From positions 2,592,001-2,656,000 of the forward strand of contig OZ244937.1 of assembly GCA_965222075.1 (NCBI GenBank): 64,000 nucleotides of DNA. The letters are read 5' to 3'. The stretch's first letter is position 1, and each line of letters begins with the position of its first letter. Made by a program: the position numbers and the translations under genes. Below, piece by piece: positions 1 through 10,556 of this stretch. Under the pieces are notes generated by a model that saw only the letters and a list, made by a program, of their open reading frames with translations, was not told the DNA's origin and searched no databases. Origin of the DNA: Candidatus Latescibacterota bacterium. Its GTDB lineage: Bacteria; Latescibacterota; UBA2968; GCA-2709665.

Positions 1-919
1 CGATCCTGGGCCCCTGGGTCACCCAGGACGCCTGGAAACTCGGCACATTGTCCAGGAAGATGCGGGACACCGCAATCGTGCGGAGGTAATCGTAGCCCGT
101 CGCCTTCCGCCCACCCCAGCGACTGGAATCTGCGGCCAGGTCGGTATAGTCCGGCTGGAAATTCCAGGCGATAAACGCCGTCAGCCCCCCCGTCTCATCC
201 TGCAGCTCCCGGATCAGCCGGAGGTGCTCCACCCGCTGCTCCACCGTCTCCACGTGCCCGTACATCATCGTCGCCGTGGTGTGCATCCCCAGCTTGTGCG
301 CCACCTGGTGCACCTCCAGCCACTCGTGCACCCGGTCCTTCCGGAACCCGATGATATCCCGCACCTCATCCGACAGGATCTCCGCACCCGCGCCTGGAAT
401 CGAATCCAGCCCGGCGTCCCTCAAACGGCGGATGCAGTCTTCCAGGGACAGCCGGGAAATGTGGGCAATGTAGATAATCTCCGTGGCCGACAGGCAGTGC
501 TGGTGCACCTGCGGATACCGCTCCCGGATCGAGGAGAACAGATCCTCGTAATAATCGATCCGCAGCTTCGGATTCAGCCCCCCCTGCATCAGGATCTCGT
601 TCGACCTGGGCGCGTCTCCGCCTACCGCCACCATCTCGTCGATCTTCCCGAAAATCTCCTCCCTGGGCAGCACGTAGCCCTCGTCCGAACCGGGAGGGCG
701 GTAAAACGCGCAGAAATCGCACCGCACCCAGCACACATTCGTATAGTTAATATTTCGCCCGATATTGTAGGTCACAATACCTTCCGGACACTTCCGTCTG
801 CGCACCGTATCGGCCAGCAGCCCCAGCTCCGTCAGATTGGGGTGGGCCATCAACCGCAGCCCCTCCTCAACGGAAATCCGCTCTCCGGCGTAGACCTTTT
901 CGGCAATATCGTCAATCAT
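1..919 (-). CDS. mqnC: cyclic dehypoxanthine futalosine synthase MqnC (radical SAM, CofH family); runs off the left edge
   Basis: Manual translation from ATG at 919: MIDDIAEKVYAGERISVEEGLRL...RNINYTNVCWVRCDFCAFYR (CxxxCxxC), later GGLTAFIAWNFQP and QASWVTQG; follows mqnE. Confidence 0.85.
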   Translation of the reverse strand, partial: MIDDIAEKVYAGERISVEEGLRLMAHPNLTELGLLADTVRRRKCPEGIVTYNIGRNINYTNVCWVRCDFCAFYRPPGSDEGYVLPREEIFGKIDEMVAVGGDAPRSNEILMQGGLNPKLRIDYYEDLFSSIRERYPQVHQHCLSATEIIYIAHISRLSLEDCIRRLRDAGLDSIPGAGAEILSDEVRDIIGFRKDRVHEWLEVHQVAHKLGMHTTATMMYGHVETVEQRVEHLRLIRELQDETGGLTAFIAWNFQPDYTDLAADSSRWGGRKATGYDYLRTIAVSRIFLDNVPSFQASWVTQGPRI

Positions 920-992
920 CGGGTAGTACCCCCGCAGGATGCATTTCCTTCTTGGGCAGTACGGCGTCACGCGTCAAGACAATCGCCTCCTC

Positions 993-2147
993 TCAGGAAA
1001 GCACCGGAAGCTCGCCGGGAATACCCACCGGTTGCTCTTCCTGGATCTCCCGCTCGGTCGAAATCACGTTGTAGAGATTGTCCCGCTCCACCGGGTCCCG
1101 CCCCGCCTCTACGATCCGCTCCATCAGTTGCTTCCGCGTCAGAAACTGCCGGGTCTCCTCGTAGGTCCGCCGCGTAATCTCGTACTCCTGGATCGTCCCA
1201 TCGATATCGTCCGCCCCGTACCACAGCGCGACCTGCGAGATCTCGATCGTATTCATAATCCAGAACGTCTTGATATGCGGGAAATTGTCCAGCATAAGCC
1301 GGCCTACCGCAATCTCTCTCAAATCGGACATCCCCGTCGGTCCCGGAATCTGTTCCATCTCGGTCCGCTCCGGATGAAAAGAAAGGGGAATATAGGTCAA
1401 AAACCCACCCGTCTCGTCCTGCAGCTCCCGCAGCAGAACCTGGTGTTCGACCTTCTCTTTCGGATTCTCGATGTGGCCGTAGAGCATCGTCGCATTGGAA
1501 GACAGCCCCACCTCGTGAGCCGTCTGCGCCACCTCCAACCACTCCTCCGAATCCGCCTTGGTCCAGAACAGGTCCCCGCGCACCCGGTCGCTGAACACCT
1601 CCGCGCCCCCGCCCGGAATGGACGAAACCCCCGCCTCCTTCAACTCCAGCATCGCCTCCCTGAGGGGCTTCTTGGCCGCCCGGGCGATCTGCACCCACTC
1701 AATCGCCGTAAACGCCTTCACCGCCACATTGGGACGGACCTCCTTCACCGCCCGGACGATATCCAGGTAATACGAATACGGCAGCTTCGGATTGATCCCC
1801 GCCACCATGTGGATCTCCGTAATCGGAACATGGAGGTACCGCCGCACCCGTTCCTGTACATCCTCCGGATAAAGCACATACCCCCGGGCGTCCTTTGGCG
1901 GCACATAAAAGGAGCAGAACTTACACAACTTGTTGCAAATATTGGTATAATTGATATGCTGGTTGCGCACGTACCAGGCCACATTGCCGCACATCCGCTC
2001 CCGCACGATATTGGCCATATACCCCACCGCATTGAGTTCAGGCGTGGCATAAAGCCGCATGCCATCCTCCGCCGAAAGCCGCTCCCCTGCCTGCACCTTC
2101 TCATAGATATCCCCAAGCGCGTCCGGTATGTTCGGCCTCACACGCAT
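993..2147 (-). CDS. mqnE: aminodeoxyfutalosine synthase MqnE (radical SAM)
   Basis: HINYTNICNKLCKFCSF, PGGGAEVF, SNATMLYGHIE, RLMLDNFPHIKTFWIM, GADDIDGT; start chosen at ATG 2147 (ORF open to 2237). Confidence 0.85.
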   Translation of the reverse strand: MRVRPNIPDALGDIYEKVQAGERLSAEDGMRLYATPELNAVGYMANIVRERMCGNVAWYVRNQHINYTNICNKLCKFCSFYVPPKDARGYVLYPEDVQERVRRYLHVPITEIHMVAGINPKLPYSYYLDIVRAVKEVRPNVAVKAFTAIEWVQIARAAKKPLREAMLELKEAGVSSIPGGGAEVFSDRVRGDLFWTKADSEEWLEVAQTAHEVGLSSNATMLYGHIENPKEKVEHQVLLRELQDETGGFLTYIPLSFHPERTEMEQIPGPTGMSDLREIAVGRLMLDNFPHIKTFWIMNTIEISQVALWYGADDIDGTIQEYEITRRTYEETRQFLTRKQLMERIVEAGRDPVERDNLYNVISTEREIQEEQPVGIPGELPVLS

Positions 2148-2249
2148 CCTCCCGATAAGTAGTGAAACGGCCCCCCCACCCTTCCCCGGAACCCTGGCTT
2201 GCTGGATTTGGGGGGGAGGCGGGATGACACGTTTCACGTTTCAGGTCTT

Positions 2250-3950
2250 TCAATTCTGACTCAACATCTCCCGGGCATGCGCCATCGTCACCTTTGAAAT
2301 CTCCTCCCCCCCCATCAGCTTTGCCAGCTCTTCGGCACGGTCCTCCCCGTCCAGCGCCTGCACCCGCGTTACCGTCCGTCCCTTCTCCATTTCCTTTCGA
2401 ACCGAGAAATGCCGGTCGGCCATCTTGGCGATCTGCGGCAGATGGGTAATCGACACTGCCTGGTAGGTCTGCGACAGGTCCTTCAATTTCTTCCCGACCA
2501 CCTCCGCAATCCGGCCCGAAATCCCGATATCGATCTCGTCGAAAATCAGCACCTGCACCGAATTGGTGTGGGCCAGCACCGTCTTCATCGCCAGCATAAT
2601 CCTGGAAATCTCTCCTCCGGAGGCCACCTTCGCTAAGGGACGGATCGCCTCCCCCGGGTTGGTGGACATATAGAATTCGGCCTGCTCGATCCCCTTCGGT
2701 CCTGCCTCAAACCGCCGGCCGTTCAGGGCCGCAACCCCCTCGGGGGTCTCCCTTCGGTTGAACTCGACCTGGAACGCAACACCGGACATCCCCAGTTCAC
2801 CCAGCGCCTTCCGGATATCCGATGACAGCCGGCGGGCGGCCTTCTCACGCGCCCTGGCAAGCTTTCCGCACAGCTCCGAAAACGTCGCCTTCACGGCCTC
2901 GATCTCCGCCCTGATCTCATCTAAGGAGACATCCAGTTCCTCTGAACGCGCCAGCTCCTCCGAGACCTTTCTCCGGTAGGCCAGCGCCGCCTCTAAGCTT
3001 CCACCGTACTTCTTCTTCAAATGGCCCAGCAGTTCCAGCCGTTCGGCCACTTCCGCCAGACGCTCCGGGTTATGCTCCACATGCCGGGCATAATCGGTAA
3101 AAAAGCGGGCCAGCTCGTCCACCCCGTAGCGCAGGGCGTTCAGCTCCTCCAGGCGGGGTTTGAGCGAACCGTCCATCCCCACCGCTTCGTCCAAAAGCCG
3201 GCTGGCCGCGCCCAGCCGGTCTTCAATGGAGTCCTCCCCCTGGTAGAGCAGCGTCTCCAGTTGAACGGCCGTCTCGATCAGCCGCTCGGCGTACATCAAC
3301 ACCGACTGCTCCTGCGCCAGGCGCTCATCCTCGTCCGTTTCGAGGGCCGCGGCCGAAATCTCCTCCACTTGAAATTCCAACAACTCCCGCCTCTCCCGCA
3401 GGCGCTTCGCCTCCGCTTCCTGCTCGTCCAGCCTGCCCTGGAGTTCGGCCAGCCCCCGGTACGCGGCACCGACCCCCTCTCGCACATCCTCCAACCCCCC
3501 GAACCCGTCTAAGAAATCGACGTGCCTGTCCACGTCTAACAGCGACTGGTGCTCATGCTGCCCGTGCAGGTCCACCAGCAACTTCCCCAGCGCATGCAGC
3601 GCTCGAACCGGAATCGCCAGCCCGTTGGCATAGCATCGGCTGCGCCCCCCCGCCAGCACCTCCCGGCGGAGGATCAACTCCCCTTCCTCCGCCCCAATCC
3701 CCATCTCCGCCAAGAAAGAAAGACAGGGATGGTCTGCGTGCAAATCGAAGATCGCGTCCACCACGCACCGCTCCTCACCCGTCCGGATCACCTCCGGGCT
3801 GGCGCGCATCCCCAGGACCAGCCCCAGCGCCCCGATCAGAATCGACTTGCCCGCGCCCGTCTCCCCCGTAATGATATTCAACCCCGGCCCGAACTCGATC
3901 TGTACATCGTCAATCAGGGCATAGTTGATCACGTGCAATCGACACAGCAC
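2250..3950 (-). CDS. recN: DNA repair protein RecN
   Basis: Walker A TGETGAGKS, DLHGQHEHQ, coiled coil, KVASGGEISR, IFDEID, ITHLPQIA. Confidence 0.97.
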   Translation of the reverse strand: MLCRLHVINYALIDDVQIEFGPGLNIITGETGAGKSILIGALGLVLGMRASPEVIRTGEERCVVDAIFDLHADHPCLSFLAEMGIGAEEGELILRREVLAGGRSRCYANGLAIPVRALHALGKLLVDLHGQHEHQSLLDVDRHVDFLDGFGGLEDVREGVGAAYRGLAELQGRLDEQEAEAKRLRERRELLEFQVEEISAAALETDEDERLAQEQSVLMYAERLIETAVQLETLLYQGEDSIEDRLGAASRLLDEAVGMDGSLKPRLEELNALRYGVDELARFFTDYARHVEHNPERLAEVAERLELLGHLKKKYGGSLEAALAYRRKVSEELARSEELDVSLDEIRAEIEAVKATFSELCGKLARAREKAARRLSSDIRKALGELGMSGVAFQVEFNRRETPEGVAALNGRRFEAGPKGIEQAEFYMSTNPGEAIRPLAKVASGGEISRIMLAMKTVLAHTNSVQVLIFDEIDIGISGRIAEVVGKKLKDLSQTYQAVSITHLPQIAKMADRHFSVRKEMEKGRTVTRVQALDGEDRAEELAKLMGGEEISKVTMAHAREMLSQN

Positions 3951-3955
3951 AGCAC

Positions 3956-4810
3956 CTATTCCTCGCGTTCCCGCCTGTCTATGCTCCAGTCCAGCTTCCG
4001 CCTGAGCAGATTGTAGAAAGAAATCCCCTGCAGGTTGACCAACCGTACCGGATGGGGCACCCGCTGCACAGCCACCCGCGTCTTGGGCCGCAGAGGGGCG
4101 ACCGTCTGTCCGTCGGCCGACAACATAATATCGGTATGCTCCGCGATCACCTCTACGGTAATCGACTGATTGCAGGGGATCACCAGCGAGCGCTGCGACA
4201 GGGAATGGGGGCAGATCGGGGTCACGATCATGGCCTCGACGCCCGGATGGATCACCGGGCCTCCCGCCGACAGGCTGTATCCGGTCGACCCTGTCGGGGT
4301 CGCTACAATCAGACCGTTGCCAAAAAAGGAGCTGATCTGCGCATCCAGCACCCAGGTCTTAACCTGCACCAAATGCGCCAGCACCCCCTTTTCAATCACA
4401 ACTTCATTGAGCGCAAAAGCCGTCTGCTCCTCAACCTGCGCTTCGAGCGCCATCCGCTCCTCAACCTCATACTCCCCCTTCAGCAGCCGCTCTAACCCCC
4501 CTTCCAGTTCCTCGGGCGCCGCACCCGCTAAAAATCCGAGCCGCCCCATGTTGACCCCCAGAATCGGGGTCCCGGCCGATCCCACGAGCCTCGCCGCCCG
4601 CAGAATGGTCCCGTCCCCTCCCGGCGCAATCACAATATCCACCCGTTCGGGCAAATCGGCGGGCCTGCAGAACTGCCCCTGGCAGATCTCGTTCAGATCG
4701 TCCGCCAACCATACCTCAACGCCGCTCTGTTCCGCCAGAGATACAAAGCGGTCAACCACAGGGCCAACCGCTGCAACCTGTGGATTTGCCAGAATCCCGA
4801 TCCGATTCAT
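3956..4810 (-). CDS. nadK: NAD(+) kinase
   Basis: GGDGT, GRLGFL, ALNE, TPTGSTGYSLSAGGP motifs; upstream of recN. Confidence 0.95.
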   Translation of the reverse strand: MNRIGILANPQVAAVGPVVDRFVSLAEQSGVEVWLADDLNEICQGQFCRPADLPERVDIVIAPGGDGTILRAARLVGSAGTPILGVNMGRLGFLAGAAPEELEGGLERLLKGEYEVEERMALEAQVEEQTAFALNEVVIEKGVLAHLVQVKTWVLDAQISSFFGNGLIVATPTGSTGYSLSAGGPVIHPGVEAMIVTPICPHSLSQRSLVIPCNQSITVEVIAEHTDIMLSADGQTVAPLRPKTRVAVQRVPHPVRLVNLQGISFYNLLRRKLDWSIDRREREE

Positions 4811-4871
4811 TCAACCCCTGCAAAGATAAAGTTAAAATACGCAAAACATCACCCGGGAACAAGAAGATCCC

Positions 4872-5120
4872 TCACGCCTCCTCAGAGGCATCCAGTTCCG
4901 TCAGACGAAACGCGCCCCCGCTTTCGACCACCAGCACCTCCACCTGCTGCTTGGCCTCTTCCAGCCGCGTCCGGCACAGGTTCGACGCCTTCAGCCCCTC
5001 CTCAAACAGCCGCAGCGCCTCGGCCAAGGGCAGATTCCCCTCCTCTAAGCGTTCCACCACCGCTTCCAGCTGCTTCAACGTCTCCTCAAACGTCGGCTCT
5101 TTCTTCTTTTTCTCAGCCAT
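4872..5120 (-). CDS. xseB: exodeoxyribonuclease VII small subunit
   Basis: TFEETLKQLEAVVERLEEGNLPLAEALRLFEEG; follows xseA. Confidence 0.95.
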   Translation of the reverse strand: MAEKKKKEPTFEETLKQLEAVVERLEEGNLPLAEALRLFEEGLKASNLCRTRLEEAKQQVEVLVVESGGAFRLTELDASEEA

Positions 5121-5131
5121 ACCTGTCCCTC

Positions 5132-6343
5132 TCATATCCCATCTTGATCCTGCACCACCTCATCCACCGTGCACATCACCTCTCCCGTCGCAAACCGGAT
5201 CTGAAGTCGATCTCCCGCGGAGAGGACGCCCGCATCCTGCACCACCGCCCCGTCTTCCGGCCGCTGCGTCAGGCTGTAGCCCCGGTCCAGCACCGAAAGG
5301 GGGCTGAGCGTCCCCAGTTGCGCGCTCAACCACCGGTAGACCCCCACCCGGGCCTCGTAGATCCTTCGGACGCCGGTGTGGAGATCCTTGTGCAGCTCAT
5401 CGATCCGCTGCATATTCTGAAACACCAGGTCATCCACCCGGCGAAGACCGTAGCTCTCCCGGTAGGCGTCCAGAAGCTCCTCATTCTCCTCCAGCAGCCG
5501 TATCAGCGTGTCGTAGGACCGCTGCTCCAGCTCGGCCAGCCCTGCCTTGAGCTCCGCACCATCCCGCACGGCCAGTTCGGCAGCCGCCGAAGGGGTTGGC
5601 GCCCGGCAGTCGGCCGCCAGGTCTGTCAGCGTAAAATCGATCTCGTGCCCCACCGCCGAAATCACCGGAATCTCCGACGTATAGACGGCCCGCACAACAG
5701 CCTCGGTGTTGAACGCCGCCAGGTCCTCAGCCGCGCCGCCTCCCCGGCCCACAATCAGCACATCCACCTGGCCGTAAGCGTTCAACTCCGCAATTCCCTG
5801 CGCAATATCTTCACCGGCCCCCTCTCCCTGGACCAGCGCAGGACGCAGCACAACCCGCACGCCCGGAAACCGTCGCCCCAGCACCTGGAGAATATCCCGG
5901 ATGGCCGCGCCCGTCTGCGACGTCACCACCCCAATCGACTGGGGATAAGTCGGCAGCGGGCGCTTGCGCGCTTCATCGAACAGGCCCTCCACCATCAGCC
6001 TGTGCTTCAGCTCCTCCAGCGCAAGCTGCTGCTGGCCCACACCGGCCTGGAAGAGCTGCGTCGCATTCAATTGGTACTGGCCACTGCGTTCATACACAGT
6101 CACCCGGCCCTGGGCCAGCACCTGCATCCCCGCCTCCGGCTCAAACCCCGACGGCCTGTGGGAGCGCCACATCACGCAGCGGAGCTGACAGCTCTCATCC
6201 TTCAGGGTAAAATACCGATGTCCGGACGCAGCCTGCGTATACTCCGAAAGCTCACCGATGACCCAGAGGGGTGGAAACGCCATTTCTAAGGTCTGACGAA
6301 CCGCCTGCGTGACCTCCGACACTGTGCAGGGACGCTCCGCCAC
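5132..6343 (-). CDS. xseA: exodeoxyribonuclease VII large subunit
   Basis: SGHRYFTLKD, TGAAIRDI, GRGGG, SAVGHEIDFT, APTPSAAAE. Confidence 0.97.
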   Translation of the reverse strand: MAERPCTVSEVTQAVRQTLEMAFPPLWVIGELSEYTQAASGHRYFTLKDESCQLRCVMWRSHRPSGFEPEAGMQVLAQGRVTVYERSGQYQLNATQLFQAGVGQQQLALEELKHRLMVEGLFDEARKRPLPTYPQSIGVVTSQTGAAIRDILQVLGRRFPGVRVVLRPALVQGEGAGEDIAQGIAELNAYGQVDVLIVGRGGGAAEDLAAFNTEAVVRAVYTSEIPVISAVGHEIDFTLTDLAADCRAPTPSAAAELAVRDGAELKAGLAELEQRSYDTLIRLLEENEELLDAYRESYGLRRVDDLVFQNMQRIDELHKDLHTGVRRIYEARVGVYRWLSAQLGTLSPLSVLDRGYSLTQRPEDGAVVQDAGVLSAGDRLQIRFATGEVMCTVDEVVQDQDGI

Positions 6344-6345
6344 CC

Positions 6346-7134
6346 CTAAGCCTCCTCCCAGTCGATCCGCAGCCTGTCGATCTGCCTCGCTCTGCCGGTC
6401 TCCTCGTCAACATCTAACAGCGCCCCACAGAGCTTCACATCACCGATTGCCGGCTCAAACCGGGCGGGCAGCTGGTTGATAAACCGCTGGATGGCAACCT
6501 CCTTTTCCGCCCCAATGACCGAATCGTGCGGGCCGGTCATGCCCGCGTCGGTAATGTAGGCGGTCCCCCCGGGCAGAACCCGCTCATCGGCCGTCTGCAC
6601 ATGGGTATGGGTGCCCATCACCGCGCTGACCCGACCGTCCATAAACCAGCCGAATGCAATCTTCTCCGAGGTAGCTTCCGCATGGAAGTCGATCACCACC
6701 ACGCGCACCTCCTGCCTGAGAGCGTCAACGATCTCCCGGCCCGTCCGGAAGGGACAGTCTAAACTCTTCATATTCGTGCGCCCCTGCAGACACACCACGC
6801 CCACCGGCATCCCGTTTTCCGACGGAAAAACACCCCATCCAACCCCCCCGACCTCAGGTGGGAAATTGGCCGGGCGCAGCACCCGGTCTCCCGCCATAAT
6901 ATAGGGTACACCATCCTTCTGATCCCAGACGTGGTTGCCTGTGGTGATGACATCTGCGCCATAGGCGTGGATCTTTCGGCCGATCTTCTCCGTAATCCCA
7001 GCCCCTCCGGCCGCATTCTCCCCGTTTACAATGCAGAAATCGACCCCGTGGGCCTCTCTCAGCCGGGGAATCAGTCCGGCCGCAGCCCGCCGCCCCGGTC
7101 TGCCGTACACGTCCCCCACAAACAGAAGCTTCAA
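6346..7134 (-). CDS. ymdB: YmdB/TIGR00282 family metallophosphoesterase
   Basis: GDVYG, NGENAAGG, TGNHVW, DFHAEATSEK, GTHTHVQTAD; directly after rny. Confidence 0.93.
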   Translation of the reverse strand: MKLLFVGDVYGRPGRRAAAGLIPRLREAHGVDFCIVNGENAAGGAGITEKIGRKIHAYGADVITTGNHVWDQKDGVPYIMAGDRVLRPANFPPEVGGVGWGVFPSENGMPVGVVCLQGRTNMKSLDCPFRTGREIVDALRQEVRVVVIDFHAEATSEKIAFGWFMDGRVSAVMGTHTHVQTADERVLPGGTAYITDAGMTGPHDSVIGAEKEVAIQRFINQLPARFEPAIGDVKLCGALLDVDEETGRARQIDRLRIDWEEA

Positions 7135-7142
7135 ACTGCCTC

Positions 7143-8723
7143 CTATCTTGCAAAATCGATGGCCCGGGTCTCCCGAATCACCGTAACCTTCACCGGCCCC
7201 GGACAGGTCGCGTCCGCCTTGAGCCGCTCGACAATTTCCGTGGCCAGCCGTTCGGTATCTTCATCGCTCATCATCTCACAGTCGGCAATCACCCGAACCT
7301 CCTGACCGGCATTGATCGCATAGACCTTATCCACCCCCTCAACCAGCCGGGCGGTCGACTCCAGCCGCTCCAGCCGGCGCACATAGTTCTCGATGACCTC
7401 CCGCTGCGCCCCCGGTCGCGACCGGGAAATGATATCGGCCGCATCTACCAGCACCGCAATGGGCGAAATAGGATCGGCATCCCCGTGGTGCGCCTCAATG
7501 GCATTGATCACAACGGGATCCTCTCCATACTTTCGCCCCAGGTCCGCCCCATTCTCCCCGTGCGTCCCCTCCGCCTCGTGGGTCAACCCTTTGCCCACAT
7601 CGTGCAGCAGCCCGGCGCGTTTGGCAAGCTGGGAATCCAGCCCCAATTGCGTGGCCATCGTCCCTGCTAAGAAGGCCGCTTCCTTGCTGTGGTTGAGCAC
7701 ATTCTGCCCGTACGTCGTCCGGAACTTCAAGCGCCCCAAACACTCGATCAACCGGTCGTGCAAACCGGGCACGCCCGCGTCGAACGCCGCCTGCTCACCC
7801 GCCTCTCGGATCACCTCCTGTATCGATTCCCTGGACCTCTGAACGATCTCCTCGATCCGTCCTGGATGGATGCGCCCGTCTAAAACGAGCCGTTCCAAGG
7901 CCATCTTGGCAACCGCCCGCCGGATCGGATCGAATGCGGACAGAACCACCGCCTCTGGCGTATCGTCAATCGTCACATCCACGCCGGTGGCCATTTCAAA
8001 CGCCCGTATGTTTCGCCCCTCTCGACCGATAATCCGTCCCTTCATATCATCCGACGGGAGGCGAACAATCGCCTGGGTCGATTCAACCGTATGGTCTGCG
8101 GCCAGACGCTGGATGGCGCTGGTGATAATCTCCTTCCCTTCGTCGTTGGCCCTGGCAAGGGCATCTTCCCGGATCTCCTTGATCCGCCATGCCGCATCCT
8201 GCCTCGCCTCATCCTCTAAATTGGCCATCAGAATCGCCTTGGCTTCATCCTGGGTCAGCCCTGCAATCCGCTCCAGCCGTGTATTCTGTTCCAAAATCCG
8301 GGCCTCTAAGCCCCGGGCCTTTGTCTGGATCTGTTCCTGCAGCCGGGCAAGCTCCTCTTCCCGGGACGCCGTATTCCGCTCCTTGTGGTTTAACAGATCC
8401 GCCCGCCTGTCGAACTGCCGTTCCCTGCTGCTCATTTTTATCTCTTCCCGTTTGAGCTGCTCCCACTTGTCCTCTATCTCCTGCTCAAACTGGAGGCGCT
8501 CCTGGTGCATCTGGTCCTTGGCCTCTAAGACCGCCGTCCGCTTCATCGATTCGGCCTCTTTTTGGGCATCATCGAGGATCTTTTCAGCCGTGACCTCCGC
8601 TCGGTACGTCTTGCTGTGCGCAAACTTGCTCCTGCCCAGCCATCCCAGAACGAATCCCAGCAACAGCAGACCGGCCGACAGGATCATGACCACCAAGGTT
8701 CCTTCTATCGACATATTCAGCAT
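7143..8723 (-). CDS. rny: ribonuclease Y
   Basis: N-terminal TM helix, coiled coil, KH domain MKGRIIGREGRNIR, HD domain LLHDVGK. Confidence 0.97.
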   Translation of the reverse strand: MLNMSIEGTLVVMILSAGLLLLGFVLGWLGRSKFAHSKTYRAEVTAEKILDDAQKEAESMKRTAVLEAKDQMHQERLQFEQEIEDKWEQLKREEIKMSSRERQFDRRADLLNHKERNTASREEELARLQEQIQTKARGLEARILEQNTRLERIAGLTQDEAKAILMANLEDEARQDAAWRIKEIREDALARANDEGKEIITSAIQRLAADHTVESTQAIVRLPSDDMKGRIIGREGRNIRAFEMATGVDVTIDDTPEAVVLSAFDPIRRAVAKMALERLVLDGRIHPGRIEEIVQRSRESIQEVIREAGEQAAFDAGVPGLHDRLIECLGRLKFRTTYGQNVLNHSKEAAFLAGTMATQLGLDSQLAKRAGLLHDVGKGLTHEAEGTHGENGADLGRKYGEDPVVINAIEAHHGDADPISPIAVLVDAADIISRSRPGAQREVIENYVRRLERLESTARLVEGVDKVYAINAGQEVRVIADCEMMSDEDTERLATEIVERLKADATCPGPVKVTVIRETRAIDFAR

Positions 8724-8776
8724 GTCCGATCTCCTTAAGGATAGCCCATTTTGTCCATAAAAAAAACCCGCTTGCG

Positions 8777-8952
8777 CCCCCCCAGCACCTATTCCGCTGC
8801 GCCATCCTGCACAAATCGCACAGCAGACGGATTCTCAAGTCAACGTGAACGCAGCAGGGAGTCTGCCCGGCATAGCCCTCATGTGGCCCGCCGCAACAGC
8901 ATACACCCCATTTCCTGGTTGGTCCCGACCACGCCCAGGGTGCCGGGAAACC
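8777..8952 (-). ncRNA. ssrS: 6S RNA (ssrS), probable
   Basis: About 180-nt non-coding gap between zapA and rny, the conserved 6S position; ends pair (CCCGGCACC with GGTGCTGGG); followed by a T-run. Confidence 0.65.
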
Positions 8953-8957
8953 CACTC

Positions 8958-9251
8958 TCAATCGCGCTGTGTGATCCGGTTCGTCGTATCGGCCAGTCGA
9001 TCGGCCTTCCTGCAAACGACCTGCTCCATACGCTGGCCGGATTCCTCTTCTTTGAACAGCTCATCGGCTAAGTTTACAGCCGTGAGCACCGCGATTTTGG
9101 CAACCGACCGTAGCGAAAGCGTGTTGGCAATTTCTCGCATCTTACGATCAACGTACCGGGCCACCTCACGGGTATGATCGGAATCGGTTTTAGACGCAAT
9201 TTTATATTCTGTGCCAAAAATATGGACGTGTACAAGCGGTAAATCCGACAT
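8958..9251 (-). CDS. zapA: cell division protein ZapA
   Basis: VHIFGTEYKI...VARYVDRKMREI...AVLTAVNLADEL. Confidence 0.9.
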   Translation of the reverse strand: MSDLPLVHVHIFGTEYKIASKTDSDHTREVARYVDRKMREIANTLSLRSVAKIAVLTAVNLADELFKEEESGQRMEQVVCRKADRLADTTNRITQRD

Positions 9252-9265
9252 GGGGGCAGATTTCC

Positions 9266-9571
9266 CTATTCTGTGTCCACAGCATCCAGCCGAGACAACA
9301 TCGCCTCGATTTTCTGTTGAATCTCCTCCTTATTCTCAATCAGAGAGGCATTTTCCTCACAGACCTTCCGGAGCCGATCCCGCTCGGCGCGTAACTCGGA
9401 AAGGGTCTTCTCCTGAAGCTCCACCTTCTCTCCAAGTTCCTGATTCCGTTGCTTCAGGTCTGCATTTTCGCCGCGTAAATGCTCCATCCTGTCGACCGCC
9501 CGGTCGATCTCTGCCACCAGACGATTGACGCCACCGTGCAACTCGTTTTCCTCCTGCGTGTCAGCGTCCAT
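9266..9571 (-). CDS. ZapB-like coiled-coil protein
   Basis: All coiled coil, ends EEIQQKIEAMLSRLD; immediately upstream of zapA. Confidence 0.7.
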   Translation of the reverse strand: MDADTQEENELHGGVNRLVAEIDRAVDRMEHLRGENADLKQRNQELGEKVELQEKTLSELRAERDRLRKVCEENASLIENKEEIQQKIEAMLSRLDAVDTE

Positions 9572-9844
9572 CCCAATTCCCTCCAAATGGGGGTCTCTTA
9601 CGACCAACACAGCCTCATAGGCCAATTTAACACCTCTGGCCCTTAAAGTCAAGCGTCTGACAACAACCTTCTGGTTCTTCTTAACTTATAAAAAAAACGG
9701 AATCTGCATAGAGGGCGATCCACCGTCTGAACCGCCTCCCCCATGCAGATTCCATCTTCAAATCAGACGTATCAAAGCAGGGAATCGGGAAGGTAAACCG
9801 CCCGGTTTTGGAGAGCAGGGAGGGGCCCTGCTCCCTATTCCCCT

Positions 9845-10198
9845 CTAAATGTGCTGCCTGGCCTGCTCGGACAGGGCCGCAAATGCCTCTGCATCTGTCA
9901 TAGCCAGATCTGCCAGCACCTTTCGGTTGACATCCACGCCGGCCTTTTTCAGACCGTTCATCAGGCGGCTGTAGGACAGCCCGTTGAGCCGGGCGGCCGC
10001 GTTGATCCGCACAATCCAAAGTGCCCGAAACGTCCGCTTCTTCTGTCTCCGGTCACGGTAGGCATAGGCCAGCCCGCGATTGACACTGTCGTCGGCAGTG
10101 CGGTACAGCTTGCTCCGCCCACCCCAGTATCCCCGGGCGGCCTTGAGCACCTTCTTTCGTCTGCGACGCGATGCAACTCGATTTGTTACCCTCGGCAT
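9845..10198 (-). CDS. rplT: 50S ribosomal protein L20
   Basis: MPRV...[26 protein letters not shown]. Confidence 0.98.
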   Translation of the reverse strand: MPRVTNRVASRRRRKKVLKAARGYWGGRSKLYRTADDSVNRGLAYAYRDRRQKKRTFRALWIVRINAAARLNGLSYSRLMNGLKKAGVDVNRKVLADLAMTDAEAFAALSEQARQHI

Positions 10199-10208
10199 CG
10201 ATTCCCTC

Positions 10209-10403
10209 CTAAACGACCAGCATCCGCTTGACCCGCTTTAGATCCGCTTTGTGGATCGTAGCCGGCTTCCGCAGATGCATTTTACGTTTACTCGACTTCT
10301 TGGCCAGGTTATGGGTAGCCGTTGACTTGCCCCGGCGGAGGCTTCCAGACTTTCGCCGCCCGAAACGCTTGGCAGCACCCCGATGACACTTCATTTTAGG
10401 CAC
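10209..10403 (-). CDS. rpmI: 50S ribosomal protein L35
   Basis: [14 protein letters not shown]; lies between infC and rplT. Confidence 0.95.
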   Translation of the reverse strand: MPKMKCHRGAAKRFGRRKSGSLRRGKSTATHNLAKKSSKRKMHLRKPATIHKADLKRVKRMLVV

Positions 10404-10556
10404 GGATCACTCCTTGATGTTAATTTCGTGATTCTTCGCTCGATTCTCGTTATTCGATCACGCGTCGCGAGTCCAAAGCCGCGGGTCCTCCACCCAACCC
10501 CGGTTTGGGGTGACTCGTGATGCGTGACCCATAGACGGTCTTTTCACGATCCACAA

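Noticed and set aside
224-2162. Long plus-strand ORFs (317 and 407 aa), and similar antisense ORFs throughout the window
   Set aside because: Shadow frames of real genes in GC-rich DNA; no motifs
10420-10530. Short degenerate heptamer-like repeats (also 24460-24482)
   Set aside because: Too short and irregular; no CRISPR repeat-spacer periodicity and no cas genes in the window
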